Both the position numbers and the translations under genes were made by a program. Below, piece by piece: positions 38,915-52,477 of a stretch of DNA of 64,000 nt (positions within the stretch are counted from its first letter, which is position 1; every line of letters begins with the position of its first letter). The notes beneath the pieces are model-generated. The model worked only from the letters and a program-made list of their open reading frames with translations, was not told the origin of the DNA and did no database searches. Source of the DNA: an uncultured Planctomycetota bacterium. Lineage in GTDB: Bacteria > Planctomycetota > Planctomycetia > Pirellulales > Lacipirellulaceae. Where the stretch lies: positions 640,001 through 704,000 of the forward strand of contig CAVRBU010000004.1 in assembly GCA_963719315.1 (NCBI GenBank), read 5' to 3'.

Positions 38915-41188
38915 TTATTCTCCACTGCCATCTGGCATTACAAAGCAATAGGCCCAGTATCGAAACTCCGTCCAGGCTTCCTCCTGAGGCGGCTGGCCGG
39001 GAAACAGCGGTAATCCCACCGGCACGAATTCGCATCGCACGCGAATTTTCTCCCGGCCGCGGGTCAGCCGGGGCGGCAACAGAAACTCATCATCTCGCCA
39101 ACGGCGATTTGAAGTCTGCGGAATGTGCGCTGGCGGCATTAATTCCGTGTTCTGTGCCGGCTGTTCCCTGAGCAACGCGCGCGGGTCGCCGTACACCACG
39201 GTATTACCGCCGGCCGTGTACCACGTGCCCGCCTCATGCCATTCGGGCCTCTCGGCTGTGGCATCCGCCACGTAAATGGTCGCTTTCTGATTGGGGTACG
39301 CTAAATCCAGCCGCCGGCGTAGCATCACGCCAACCGCATCCGGCCGCACCCGTAGTACGAACTCCGAGCGCGTTTTCGTGCGCCGTCCATCATCGGTAAT
39401 CGTCGGCACGATTTCGGTTTGTTGGCCGTCGGCCGCCCGCACATGATCTACTCCGACTTCATGCCGACTCGCCACCGTCTCCGGCGCTGTGGCGTCGGGC
39501 GACATGTAGTGGTGCGCTGCTTCGCTCGCTGCATCGCCCACATCGAACTCGTCCGTTAACCGCAGAGCCGGCTTTTGCAGACCGTACCAGTAGGTGACCG
39601 TTTCGTAGTGCTCCATACTTTCGTTTGCCCCGCCGTGCTCGAGCGTGAACCGCGCATTCTTCCCAAACGGAATCAAATCGCTGAGCAGAAACCGATACGC
39701 CGAGTGCACTTTGTCCAAATCGGTCTTCATCTCACCGACTGGCCGTCCCACCGGATGACCGACGAATGGCAGCGTCATTCGCTCGCCGCCCCAATAGTCG
39801 CCGCCGCCGCCCCACTCTTCGCTGCCCGTGCCCTGCCCCTGCGGGCTTAAGCTGTCGTCTAGATAAAACCTCGGATCGCCTTCCAACGTTCGCAAGTTGC
39901 CGGTGCGCGTAAACGTATAGGTCGTGCCGACGATGTGGCCACACCAATCGCCGCCGCCTTCCGTTGTTCGCGTATCGAGCAACTCCAAATCGCGGCCGCG
40001 TACGGGCGTCGGAAAGTCGCGATAAGTCGCGTGGAACAGGCCAACCCAATTCGGCGGATCGGTGTACGGCACGTGGCGAACTTCCCACTCGATTTCGCGA
40101 ATCGGCCGCCCAGTCGCTTCTACTAACTCGATGCGCGCCGTTCGCTGGAACGGCATCGGAAAATACGTCGCGAAGAGAAAACCGTTCTGCTCATGCCGAA
40201 TCGTCATCGGAAACGATTTGACGATGTATTCCTGGTCCGGGTCGCGCAGCAGCGAACCCGCGCCAAAAAACAAACCGACCGGCGCATCGACCGATGGCTC
40301 CTTTCGATCGTCCCAATAGATTCGCAGCCGCGCGCGGCAAAGGGATCGGCAAACTTCTCGGGCACGCGAAATGCTATTCGCCGAATCATCGCCGGACCTG
40401 CATCAGAGCACAGACAACCGTCGGGTTGCGCACGTTCAACGATACCGTGCCCTTCTCCTCCTCGATATCTCCGACTCGCGGTGCGAGATCCGATCCCGCT
40501 CGACCAACAAGCTCGATTACGTCGAGCGGTATCGTACTCGTCGCTCCCCAACTCTCGACCGGCGCGAGAGAAGTTCGAGCCCTGGCAATACCTTCCACAA
40601 AATGAAGTAGCCTGTGCCATAGTGCGCATGGCCTAATGCGATCTGCAAGTCGCGCTCGAACGACACTGGCGTCCACGACAAATCGGCTCCCTTTGTCTGT
40701 GACCACGTGTAGTTGAGACCACTCGGGAAAAGAGTAGCCGGCTGGAATACCGAATCCTTTGCCGGATGCAGCGGATCACGTGTGCTTGTTTCCTCGACGA
40801 TCGTTTCCCGACCATCGACACGATATTGCCACGGGCTGCCATGCCAATGATTGTAGCGCTCGAACCACAGGATACCCGGCCCGAGCTCGTCCAGCGCTAC
40901 ATTGTGCGTATCATCGATCTGCCGAATAAAGTGGGCTGCATCCGCGTTCTCGTTCCCGCCACGACGGTCGAACGTGCTCCGCATGTAGCACCGCACGCCG
41001 ATCCGCAGATACGGCCAGCGCTCCCACTGTGTGAACGCATCGACGCCAAACGGAATTTGCGGCGGCTGCTTCGCGAGGCCGCGTTCGTCTTGCGCGACGG
41101 TAATGCTGCCACTCAAGATTGCCGCCGGCATCAACGCCAGAATACTCCAACGTCGCCAATCCACTCCGATCCGAAGACGGTTAATCAT
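38915..41188 (-). CDS. Secreted DUF2961-domain protein; three frameshifts (~40562, ~40405, ~40335)
   Basis: STFDRRGGN, GPGIL, LRIYWDD...SVDAPVGLFFG, YFPMPF, FHATY, LEGD, GTGSEEWGGGG, SAYRF, EHG; the pieces read continuously across frames. Confidence 0.72.
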
Positions 41189-41206
41189 GAATGCTGTGGC
41201 TCGGCA

Positions 41207-41563
41207 TCACGCGGTCGGCAGTCCTGCATCCTTCCACGCCTTGAGCCCTCCCGCCAAGGAAGCCACGTTCGTGTAACCCATCTTTTGCAAATTGTCGGCG
41301 GCCAGCGCCGAGCGGGAACCGCCGCCGCAGTAACAGATAATTGGAGTCGCAACATCCGGCGCTGTTTCTTCGATCCGCAATTCAACCACGCCTTTGCTCA
41401 GGTGGATTGCCCCTTGCGCATGGCCCTTTGCAAATTCGTCGGCTTCGCGGATATCAATCAAAACCGCGCCATGGGCCTGTTGCTCGACCGCTTCGGCCGG
41501 CGAAACCTCGCGCACGCGAGTTTTAGCGTCGTTCGCAAGCTCCTTGAAACGTGATGATGGCAC
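41207..41563 (-). CDS. Single-domain rhodanese / sulfurtransferase
   Basis: LIDIRE--EF--GH--GA, YCGGGSRSALAA, LAGG--AW---GLP. Confidence 0.9.
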   Translation of the reverse strand: MPSSRFKELANDAKTRVREVSPAEAVEQQAHGAVLIDIREADEFAKGHAQGAIHLSKGVVELRIEETAPDVATPIICYCGGGSRSALAADNLQKMGYTNVASLAGGLKAWKDAGLPTA

Positions 41564-41654
41564 GGCACTTCCCCGCTTGGTGGAATTGCTTACAACTCGC
41601 ACACTGTTCAACGGCCATTAGATTCTCGCCCGCACGCGCTCGCAAGTGGCTAAT

Positions 41655-41677
41655 GCGGGGCAGGCATTCTTGCCTGC
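41655..41677. repeat. REP-like hairpin
   Basis: gcggg + gcaggca-ttct-tgcctgc. Confidence 0.5.
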
Positions 41678-41695
41678 GGGATATGCTGTGTCCGG

Positions 41696-41758
41696 AACTT
41701 TGTAGCACGGACTTCAGTCCGTACGAGAATCACGGACTGAAGTCCGTGCTACAAAGTT
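41696..41758. repeat. GTAG-type REP doublet (REPIN-like) with perfect 27-bp arms
   Basis: aactttGTAGcacggacttcagtccgt / 9-nt spacer / acggactgaagtccgtgCTACaaagtt; each arm has an internal acggac-N4-gtccgt hairpin. Confidence 0.85.
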
Positions 41759-41773
41759 GTTATAACTATCCCG

Positions 41774-42991
41774 ATGCCTGCGATTACCTTTGAACAATCC
41801 GGCGCCTTCATCGAGCGGTTCACGCTGCCACCCACGCGCTCCGGCTCGCTCGATGGTTTCACGTTCGCAGTGAAGGATTTGATCGATGTCGCCGGCCATC
41901 ATACGGGCTGCGGCAACCCAACTTGGCTCGCCACGCATCCTCCGGCGACCGTCTCTGCCATCTGCGTCGAGCAACTGCTGGCCGCCGGCGCGCAATGCGA
42001 AGGCAAAACCATTACCGATGAAATCGCATTTAGCCTGCTCGGCGAAAATCACTTCTACGGCACGCCCCTCAACCCGGCTGCGCCCGACCGCGTGCCCGGC
42101 GGTTCCTCCAGCGGCTCCGCCTCCGCAGTGGCCTGTGGCCTCGTCGACTTTGCCCTGGGCACCGACACCGGCGGCTCGGTCCGCATCCCGGCGAGCAACT
42201 GCGGCATCTGGGGCCTGCGGCCATCGCCCGGTTTCATCTCCGTCGCCGGCGTGATGCCCCTTGCCCCCTCGCTCGATACAGTGGGAGTTTTCGCGCGCGA
42301 TTTCGACGCGCTCACACGCGCAGCAGCCGTGCTGCTGCCCTACGACTATCAAACCCCCGCCGGCAAAACGCTCGGCGCGATTCATCTAGTGCGCGAAGCA
42401 TTTGAGTGGATCGACATTGAAGTTCGCGACGCACTGCGCGGCGCCCTCGAATCCCTCCGCAACACATTCGACAATCGCGTCCGCGAATCAACGCTCGCCG
42501 AACTGTGCGGCGACGATCGCGCCGCCAATCCCACAACCTGGCTCACGATCTACCGAGTGCTCCAAGGAACTGAAATGATGAGTTGCCTCGGCTCTTGGAT
42601 GGCCTCGGAGCAGCCGGCGTTTGGTCCGGCGCCGTCGGCCGGTCTGGAGTTCGTCAACAAGCTGGACCGCACGCGCGTAGGCGAATCGATCCAACTTCGC
42701 GAATATTTGTGCCGCCGTTTGAACGCGGTCCTCGCCTCCGGCGACGTGCTCTGCCTGCCATCCGCCCCCACGCTCGCGCCATTCAAAGGCTCGAAAGCCT
42801 ACGACCGCACGAGTGACTATTATCAGCGGACGCTCTCGCTCACGGCGATTGCCGGCGTCTGCCGCCTACCACAAATTTCAATGCCGCTCGGCAATGTGAA
42901 CGGTGCTCCCATCGGCCTGTCCCTCGCCGCGGGCCAGGGAGCGGACGATTATTTGATGAAAATAGCGGAACGTTTAGTTGATCGCGGTTAG
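41774..42991 (+). CDS. Amidase signature family enzyme
   Basis: AVKDLID, GKT, PGGSSSGSA, GTDTGGSVRIPASNCG. Confidence 0.92.
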   Translation: MPAITFEQSGAFIERFTLPPTRSGSLDGFTFAVKDLIDVAGHHTGCGNPTWLATHPPATVSAICVEQLLAAGAQCEGKTITDEIAFSLLGENHFYGTPLNPAAPDRVPGGSSSGSASAVACGLVDFALGTDTGGSVRIPASNCGIWGLRPSPGFISVAGVMPLAPSLDTVGVFARDFDALTRAAAVLLPYDYQTPAGKTLGAIHLVREAFEWIDIEVRDALRGALESLRNTFDNRVRESTLAELCGDDRAANPTTWLTIYRVLQGTEMMSCLGSWMASEQPAFGPAPSAGLEFVNKLDRTRVGESIQLREYLCRRLNAVLASGDVLCLPSAPTLAPFKGSKAYDRTSDYYQRTLSLTAIAGVCRLPQISMPLGNVNGAPIGLSLAAGQGADDYLMKIAERLVDRG

Positions 42992-43345
42992 TTCAACCAG
43001 GCCTGATTTGATGTCAGGAACAAGCACAAGACGCCCTCTTGCCATGTGCAGTCCGTCGAAATCGGCGCCTGGCTCAGACATGACAAATCCATTTTCAACG
43101 GGAGGTAACAGCAAAAACTGAGATATTAGGAAGGGCAATACCCTGTTCCATCTCTTAACCACCTCTTCAAACCTGGTTTTCATCCCGATCCAGCCGCTTT
43201 CCACACTTTCCCCCAGTGGTTACAATAACTTGGCCGGCCGCAAGGCTTTGCATCCCGCCTCACGACGCATACGCTGACTGGTAGAGCCTCCGGCGGCATT
43301 CCCGCGATCGATTCCTTCAGCCCAATTAAAGAAGGAGCCCGTTGG

Positions 43346-46300
43346 ATGATTCGTCTTGAATCCCTCTCCCTCGGTTGGCGATCGGCGACAGTGGTAGCTG
43401 TCGTCCTTAGCTTCTCGCCCAATCTCATGGCGGCCGACAAGCCGGCCACCCCCGCCGCGCCCCCGGAAAAGCCGAAGGCCGTCAGCTACTACGCCGAGGT
43501 GCTCCCCATTCTGCAAGCCAATTGCCAGGGCTGCCATCAGCCGGCGAAGGCCAGCGGCAAACTCGATATGACCGTCTTCAAGAGTCTACTCGCTGCCGGC
43601 GAAAGCGGCACTCCTGAGATCGTACCCGGCAAGCCGGGCGACAGTTATCTCATGGATCAAATCACGCCTGATAAAGGCGAGGCGGCAATGCCGAAGGACA
43701 AGCCGCCCCTCGCCGCCAGTGAAATCGCCCTCATCCGCCGCTGGATCGAAGAAGGCGCGAGGGACGACACACCACCCGATACCACGCCGCCAATCGACGC
43801 CGACCATCCGCCCGTTTACAGCGGTCCGCCCGTCATCACGTCGCTCGATTGGTCGCCGAACGGCGAGTTGCTGGCCGTCGCCGGTTTCCACGAAGTGCTG
43901 CTGCAAAAGGCCGATGGCACCGGCCTCGTCGCACGGCTCGTCGGCCTGAGCGAACGGATCGACTCGGTCCGCTTCTCGCCCGATGGCACGAAACTCGCCG
44001 TCACCGGCGGCCGCCCGGCCCGCACTGGCGAAGTGCAAATCTGGGACGTCGCCGAGCACAAGTTACTAATCTCCGTCCCCGTCACGAATGACGATGTCTT
44101 CGGCGCTTCCTGGTCGCCCGATGGCAAACGGGTTGCCTTCGGCTGCACCGATAAGACCATCCGCGCGATTGATGCCGAATCCGGCGAGCAGGTTCTATTC
44201 CAACAGGCCCACGACGACTGGGTACTCGGCACCACGTTCTCGAACGACGGCAGTCACCTGGTGTCGGTCGGCCGTGACATGTCGGCCAAGCTGATCGAGG
44301 TCGCCACGCAGCGGTTCGTCGATAACATCACATCGATCACGCCCGGCGCACTCAAAGGCGGCATTCAAAGCGTCAAAACGCATCCTCTTCGCGACGAGAT
44401 CATCTTCGGCGGCTCCGATGGCACGCCCCGAATCTATCAGATGCAGCGCACGACCGACCGCAAAATCGGTGACGATGCCAACCTGCTGTGGGAATTGCCA
44501 AAGCTGCCGGGGCGCGTGTTTAGCGTCGATATTAGTCGCGATGGTAGCATGATTGCCGCCGGCAGCAGCCTCGATGGTCACGGCAACGTTTACGTATACC
44601 GAATGGATCCGACGCCGAAGATTCCAGACGCCATTCGAAGTATTCTCACCAAGCCCGTCCAGGACCGCTCCGCCGCAGAAACCGCTGAGCTCCATAAGCA
44701 CTTCGAGCAGGGCGTGCAGACTTTGGCGAAGTTCGATGTGGCCGAAGGTGGTGTGTACGCAGTGGCGCTGAGCCCGAAGGGCGATCGCGTCGCCGCCGCC
44801 GGAGGCGACGGCACCGTCCGGCTGATCGACACACAGAAAGGCACGCTCGTTGGGTCGTTCGTGCCAGTCCAAATAAATAAGGAAGCGGCGCAACCCCACT
44901 TGGCTGCGTCCGCTGCGCCGGGTGCGGGTCCGACTGTCGGAGACGCTCGACTACGCGACGGCGAACCGCCCCTCCCGGCCGGCGATCCAATCGTGAAGCT
45001 GGACGTAGTGCCTGCCGCCATCCAGCTCGATAGTCCGGCCCGCTACGCCCAAATCGTGGTGATGGCGGAATTCGCCTCCGGCACGAAGATCAACGTCACC
45101 GGCAATGCAAAGTTCACGTTCTCAGACCCCGTCGCGGTGGCGAATTCGACAGGCCTCGTCACGCCGGCCGCCGATGGACACGCCATGCTCACCATGGCTG
45201 TCGGCGATAAGACCGCCAACATCGACGTCCAAGTGGCCAACCTCGATCACCCGCACTCACCCGATTTCATTCTTGACGTGGCCCCGATCATCGCCCGCGC
45301 CGGTTGCAATGCGGGCACTTGCCACGGTGCGCAGAAAGGCAAAAACGGTTTCAAACTCTCGCTCCGCGGCTACGACCCTGTGTTCGACGTGCGGGCGCTT
45401 ACCGACGACCACGCCTCGCGCCGCGTAAACATCGCCTCGCCCGCCCAAAGCCTGATGCTACTCAAGTCCACTGCGGCCGTGCCCCACACCGGCGGCCAGG
45501 CCATCAAGCCGGGCAGCACCTACTACGAATTGCTTCGCCAATGGATTGCTGCTGGGGCTAAACTCAACCTTGCCTCGTCGCGCGTATCCGGCATCAAAGT
45601 CACGCCGCAGAACCCCGTCGTGGAAACCATCGGTGCTCGGCAACAGATCCGCGTCGTGGCTACCTATGCCGACGGCAGCGAGCGCGATGTCACCCGCGAA
45701 GCGTTCGTCGAAAGCGGTAACACCGATGTCGTCAAAGCGGTGCCCGATGCGCCGGACTGCTCGAATCGCTCCGACGTGGCGAGGCCGCCGCGCTGGTACG
45801 TTACGAAGGCAAGTATGCTGCCACGACGCTGACCGTGATGGGCGATCGCGCCGGCTTCGAGTGGAAAGATCCGCCGGCAAATAATCACATCGACGAGTTG
45901 GTCGCCGCCAAGCTGAAACGCACCAAAACACTCCCCTCAGGCGAGTGCAACGATTATGAATTTGTCCGCCGCGTGTACCTCGATCTCACCGGCCTGCCGC
46001 CGACCCCCGAGCAGGTTCAATCGTTTGTCGATGACAAACGCGAGACGAAACTGAAGCGCGACGAGTTGATCGACCACCTAGTCGGCAACGCTGATTACGT
46101 CGACTTCTGGACGAACAAGTGGGCCGACCTGTTGATGGTCAACCGCAAATACCTCGGCGTTGAAGGCGCAACAGCCTTCCGCAATTGGATTCACGGCGAA
46201 GTGGCCGCCAACCGACCGTACGACCAATTCGCTCGCGAGATCCTCAACGCGGAAGGCTCGACGAAAGACAACCCGGCGGCTTGTTATTTCAAAACGCTGC

Positions 46301-48909
46301 GCACGCCCGAAGCAGTGATGGAAAACACCACGCAGTTGTTCCTGGCCACGCGCTTCAACTGCAACAAGTGCCACGACCACCCGTTCGAACGTTGGACGCA
46401 GGACCAGTACTACGACCTGGCCGCGTATTTCGCGCGGGTCGAACGCACCAAAGACCCAGCGAGCGGCGCCCGGCTCATTGGCGGCTCGGCCGTCGAAGCC
46501 GGACAGCCGCTGTACGAAGTCATATCCGACGGGAAGCAAGGCGAGGTGACACACATTCGCACCGGCGCCGTTGCTCCGCCCACCTTTCCGTTTAGTTGCA
46601 ATCACGGGACGAAGCCGAATGAAACGCGCCGCGAAGAGCTCTCCGCTTGGGTCACTTCGCCCGATAATCCGTATTTCGCCAAGAGTTACGTCAATCGGCT
46701 ATGGGGCTACCTAACCGGCCGCGGCATTATCGAACCGCTCGACGACATCCGCGCCGGCAACCCTCCGACGAACCCCGATCTGCTGGACTATCTCACCGAC
46801 GAGTTCATCAAAAGCGGCTTCAACACCCGCCACGTGATCCAGCTCATTTGCAAATCGCGCACGTACCAGCTTTCGGTCGAAACCAACAAATGGAACGCCG
46901 ACGACCAGGTCAACTTCTCACACGCTCGCGCCCGCCGCTTGCCGGCCGAAGTGCTGTACGACGCGATCTACCGGGCGACCGGCGCTACGTCGTCGTTCGT
47001 CGGCGTCGCGCCCGGCACCCGTGCGGCCACATTGCCCGATGTCGGCGTCGAGCTTCCGGACGGCTTTTTGGGCAACCTCGGCCGCCCGGCCCGCGAAAGC
47101 GTGTGCGAATGTGAGCGTTCGAGCAATTTGCAACTTGGCCCCGTGATGGCCCTCGTCAGCGGCCCGACCGTTGGCGACGCGATCAGCGATCCCGAAAACG
47201 CCGTGGCCAAGCTCGTCGGCGCCGTCAAAGACAATAGCGAAGTCGTGAAGAACCTCTTCCTCCGCTTCCTGAATCGTCCCGGCAAACCGGACGAGGTTAC
47301 GGCTGCCACCAGAATGTTCGACGAGCTCGATGCCGAGAACGCCAAACTCGTCGCCGCACTCGATGCGTACGAGAATGAGCTTGGTCCCAAACTGGCCCAT
47401 CAAGAATTCGAAAGGCAAAAACACCTTGCCGGTTTGCAGACCAAGCTCGAGGCTTACCGCGAAATCGCGAAGCTGCGCGAGCCGCGCGCAGCATTAGAGC
47501 GCGATGAGCGAATCGCCAAGGCTTCGGCCGCATTGGCGAGCTACGACAAGCAGCTTGTGGCGAAAGTTCCCGAATGGGAAGCGGCCCAAAAGACGCAAAC
47601 CAAGTGGTATCCGATTGAACCAATCGACATGCGGGCATCGTTCCGCGCAAATTCGAACGGCAGGCGGACGATTCAATCTTCGTGCAAACCGGCAAGGGCA
47701 AGGGATTCTATCGCATTGTCGCCCCCGTTGCGCTCAATGAAATCACGGGCATCCGGCTCGATGCACTTGCCGATGCTCGCCTTCCGAGTCGCGGCCCCGG
47801 TCGCGGTCAAGACGGCAATTTCGTCGTCACCGAGTTTGTCGCTCGCTCGCTGCCCGCCGGCGAACTCACGAAGCTCGTTCGCAGTTGGGACTTCTCCGCC
47901 ACCGAAACAGATTGGCAAGCGGAAGACGGCGCCAAAGTCGTCGCCGACTCGGGAATGCGCCACTTGTTCGGCAACGGCCAGCGCGCCGGGCTTAAGACCG
48001 CCGTTAAGGCGCCGGCCGGCATGTACCTGTTGGATATCGTGACGGGCATTCGCCCGACCGTGCCAATCACGGTTCAATGGACCACGGCTCACGCCAAGAA
48101 ATTCGATGAAGCCCACGCTGCTAGCCGTGTGCTTCGGGCCGGCGACGGTGGCAGCCTCGCGACGCCGATCGCGATCGAGGCAGATGCCGAACTTACCGGC
48201 CTGCGAATCACCGTCGATGACGAGGAAACCGTACTCCCCATCGACGCCGTTCGCCTGTTCTCATCCACTGCGGCTGCCGCGACCGACATCAAGTTGCAAC
48301 AAGCAGAAGCTACTTTCAGCCAAGACCATTACGACATCAAGACGGCGATTGATGGAAATACTGACGCAATCGAACTGAATGGCTGGGCTATCGCACCGCA
48401 GTTCGGCCGCGACCATTCAGCAAAATTCGAGCTGGCGAAGCCGGTCATTGGCGCAAAAGGTAGTTTGCTCGAAATCACGATTCATCAAAACTATTCAAGT
48501 GGCAAGCTCCCCCTGGGCGCTTCCGCATATCTGTCACCGACTCGAAACCGCCTCTTAATTACGGCACATCGTCCGCGATCGAGGAGATTCTCGCTAAAGA
48601 TGCCCACCAACGGACTAAGGCCGAGCGGAAAACTTTGCTCGATCAATTCCGCGCGGAAGACAAACACTATCAAGAGTTGCAGGCGGCGCTGAACGAGGCA
48701 AAACAAATGATGCCTGCCGACCCGCAGGTGAAAGAACTCGAAGCGCAGCTTGCCGCGGCGAGCCAGCCGCTGCCGATCGATCCCAAGCTCCAGCAGATGC
48801 GCCGGGCCGTCGAGCTCAGCCAAGAACAGCTCAAAAACAAACGATTGACGGTCGCCCAGGATGTCGTCTGGGCGTAATCAATAACCCCGCGTTCTTGTAT
48901 AACCATTAG
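43346..48909 (+). CDS. Giant planctomycete protein: cytochrome c + WD40 + Ig-like + DUF1549 + DUF1553; four frameshifts (~45752, ~47650, ~48518, ~48876)
   Basis: CQGCH; WD40 blades; GCNAGTCHG; RRVYLDLTGLPPT; CNKCHDHPF; VNRLWGYL; RESVCECER; terminal WA(L)INNPAFLYNH*. Each junction reads through if one base is added; ~1850 aa. Confidence 0.85.
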
Positions 48910-48910
48910 C

Positions 48911-48973
48911 GTAGGTCAGCCTGGAGGCTGACGCATATCCGAGCGAGGCATGTCAGGCCAAAGCCTGACTTAC
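48911..48973. repeat. GTAG-type REP doublet
   Basis: GTAG-gtcagcc-tgga-ggctgac (48911-48932) and inverted gtcaggc-caaa-gcctgac-TTAC (48952-48973). Confidence 0.75.
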
Positions 48974-48990
48974 ACAAAGCGAGGCCGCCC

Positions 48991-50474
<1,484 letters not shown>

Positions 50475-50551
50475 GATTGTTCAAACAGTTAGCAATGTAA
50501 CGGCCCGTATAGCCGCCGGCCTACGGCCAGCCGAGCTCGCGCGGCATCACT

Positions 50552-52084
50552 TTACGCCGCCCGCTTCGCCGCGTTCTTCTTGCCCTGCCCCGGCTTGGCT
50601 TTTTTTCCGCCATTCGCCGCGTGAACCTGCGGCTTTGCTTCCGGCTGCTTGTGCAATATCAGCTTCAACTCGTTCACAACCTCCGGCTTTTCATCCGCCA
50701 GATTCTTGTTCTCGCCCGGGTCCGTCTGGTAATCGTACAACTCGAACACTGCCGTCTCCGGATCGGCCCCCGGCACCTTCCACTCCACCAGCCGATAGCG
50801 CTCCGTCCGCACCGCCCGCCCGATGCGATTCCCGCGCGGATACACGTGCAGGATCGCGTCCTTCGTTGGCGCCTTGGGGTCATCGAACAACTTTGCGAAG
50901 CTCGCCCCATCGAGTCCTTCCGGCACTGGCAGCTCGGCCAATTTGCAAAGCGTCGGATAGATATCGACCGACTCCACCAGGGCATCCGACTTGCCGCGAC
51001 CATCTTTCGCCAGCGGATCAGCCACGATCAACGGAATGTGCGCTGCCTCCTCGTAGTTCGTGTGTTTGCACCACATACCGTGGTCGCCAAGGTGCCAACC
51101 ATGATCGCCCCAGAGCACGATGATCGTGTTTTTCGCGAGCCCGAGCTCGTCGAGTGCCGCCAGCACGCGGCCGACTTGCGCGTCCACGTAGCTGACCGCC
51201 GCATGGTAACCGTGGATCAGTTTCCGAGCATCGTCGTCCGGCACCGGTCCCTGTTCTGGCATCCCCGCATAGTTGCGTAGTTCGCCGAACGTCGTCGGCG
51301 CAAAAGGCGGAGCGCCGTCCGGCGGCGAGCGCCGCTCCGCCAATTTTAGGCGAGACGGATCGTACAAATCCCAATACTTCTTCGGCGCACAAAATGGCAA
51401 ATGTGGCTTCAAGAAGCCGACCGCCAAAAAGAAAGGCGCCTCCGGCTTTTCGGCGGCGCCCTGGAGCCGTCGAATCGCCTCGTCCGCAATCTGGCCATCT
51501 GGGTACTTGTTGTCCGGTACATCGGCCGACTCATACGGCGCGCCACGCGGTAGCTTATTCGCTCTCGCCCCTGCCACGTTGTTGAACAGCGCCGCTTCGC
51601 GCGAACCGCCATTGGCTGCCATGTTTTCCTTGAGAACGTAATGCACGATATCAGCTTTCCAATACGGTACGCTCCACGACGCCGGATCTTCGTGATTGCC
51701 GTGTCCGCGGTGAAAAATCTTCCCCATTCCCTCCGTGCGGTAGCTGTGTTGCTTGAAATACTGTGGCAACGTCACCACATCTGGAGCGGCCACACGAAAA
51801 TTCGTTCCGAGGTCGTAGATTCCGAGCGTCGTTGGCCGCAACCCGGTCAGCAATGAATTCCGCGACGGTGCGCATACCGCCTGATTGCAATACGCCCGAT
51901 TGAATTGCAAGCCACGCGCAGCCAACCCGTCGATATTCGGCGACTTGATGGTCGCGTCGCCATAGCAACCGAGCATCGGCTTCAGATCGTCCACGCAGAT
52001 GAAAAGTATGCTGGGCCTCTCGGCCGCACTTGCAGCCGAAAACAGACCTAGCGCGGATAGAATTGTCGGCATGATGTATCGCAT
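50552..52084 (-). CDS. Secreted Cys-type sulfatase (iduronate-sulfatase-like)
   Basis: ILFICVDDL, CAPSRNSLLTG, GKIFH, FLKPHLPF, WGDHGWHLG. Confidence 0.93.
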   Translation of the reverse strand: MRYIMPTILSALGLFSAASAAERPSILFICVDDLKPMLGCYGDATIKSPNIDGLAARGLQFNRAYCNQAVCAPSRNSLLTGLRPTTLGIYDLGTNFRVAAPDVVTLPQYFKQHSYRTEGMGKIFHRGHGNHEDPASWSVPYWKADIVHYVLKENMAANGGSREAALFNNVAGARANKLPRGAPYESADVPDNKYPDGQIADEAIRRLQGAAEKPEAPFFLAVGFLKPHLPFCAPKKYWDLYDPSRLKLAERRSPPDGAPPFAPTTFGELRNYAGMPEQGPVPDDDARKLIHGYHAAVSYVDAQVGRVLAALDELGLAKNTIIVLWGDHGWHLGDHGMWCKHTNYEEAAHIPLIVADPLAKDGRGKSDALVESVDIYPTLCKLAELPVPEGLDGASFAKLFDDPKAPTKDAILHVYPRGNRIGRAVRTERYRLVEWKVPGADPETAVFELYDYQTDPGENKNLADEKPEVVNELKLILHKQPEAKPQVHAANGGKKAKPGQGKKNAAKRAA

Positions 52085-52111
52085 AGGAGTTACCTTCTTC
52101 AAGAAACGGCA

Positions 52112-52196
52112 AACCACGGATGTCGCGGATAACGCGGATGATGTCGCGGCTGGAGATATTGTAATTCCATCCGAGTGATGCGTGCTATCCGCGGTT
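52112..52196. repeat. Imperfect inverted-repeat element built of CGGAT units at 9-nt spacing
   Basis: aaccacggatgtcgcggataacgcggat ... atccgagtgatgcgtgctatccgcggtt; a half copy (atccgcaaaatccgtggtt) lies at ~38897-38916. Confidence 0.62.
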
Positions 52197-52270
52197 ATTC
52201 TCCAAAGCATTTGAGAAAACTCGCGCCAAGTCGCAGAAAACGCGGGGCTTAATTGAACCACGACGACACT

Positions 52271-52342
52271 GCGGGAGGCGTCTCTGACGCCGATGGGCCG
52301 GCAAATCGTAACCCGGCATCGGTCTCGGAGAGGCCTTCCCAC
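52271..52342. repeat. Degenerate GTGG-type REP doublet
   Basis: gcgggaggcgtctctgacgccgat and inverted atcggtctcggagaggccttcccac. Confidence 0.6.
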
Positions 52343-52477
52343 GATCTCCTTCACAACTCAGCCATCAATAGTGTGCCACAACTAAAGACGAATCGCCATC
52401 GTCGCTGGCGTAGCCCCAAGCATGTAGGTAGGATAAATAGCCCCTCTGCACCGTGCAATGCAATTAGGTACTTCAAG

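Noticed and set aside
42992..43345. AT-richer intergenic stretch with short ORFs (42974-43204)
   Set aside because: No recognisable motif, ribosome-binding site or RNA structure; probably promoter or decayed DNA.
45740..48880. Programmed frameshifting in the giant cytochrome gene or glpD
   Set aside because: No consistent slippery motifs; the same lesion type is scattered across unrelated genes, which favours sequencing error.
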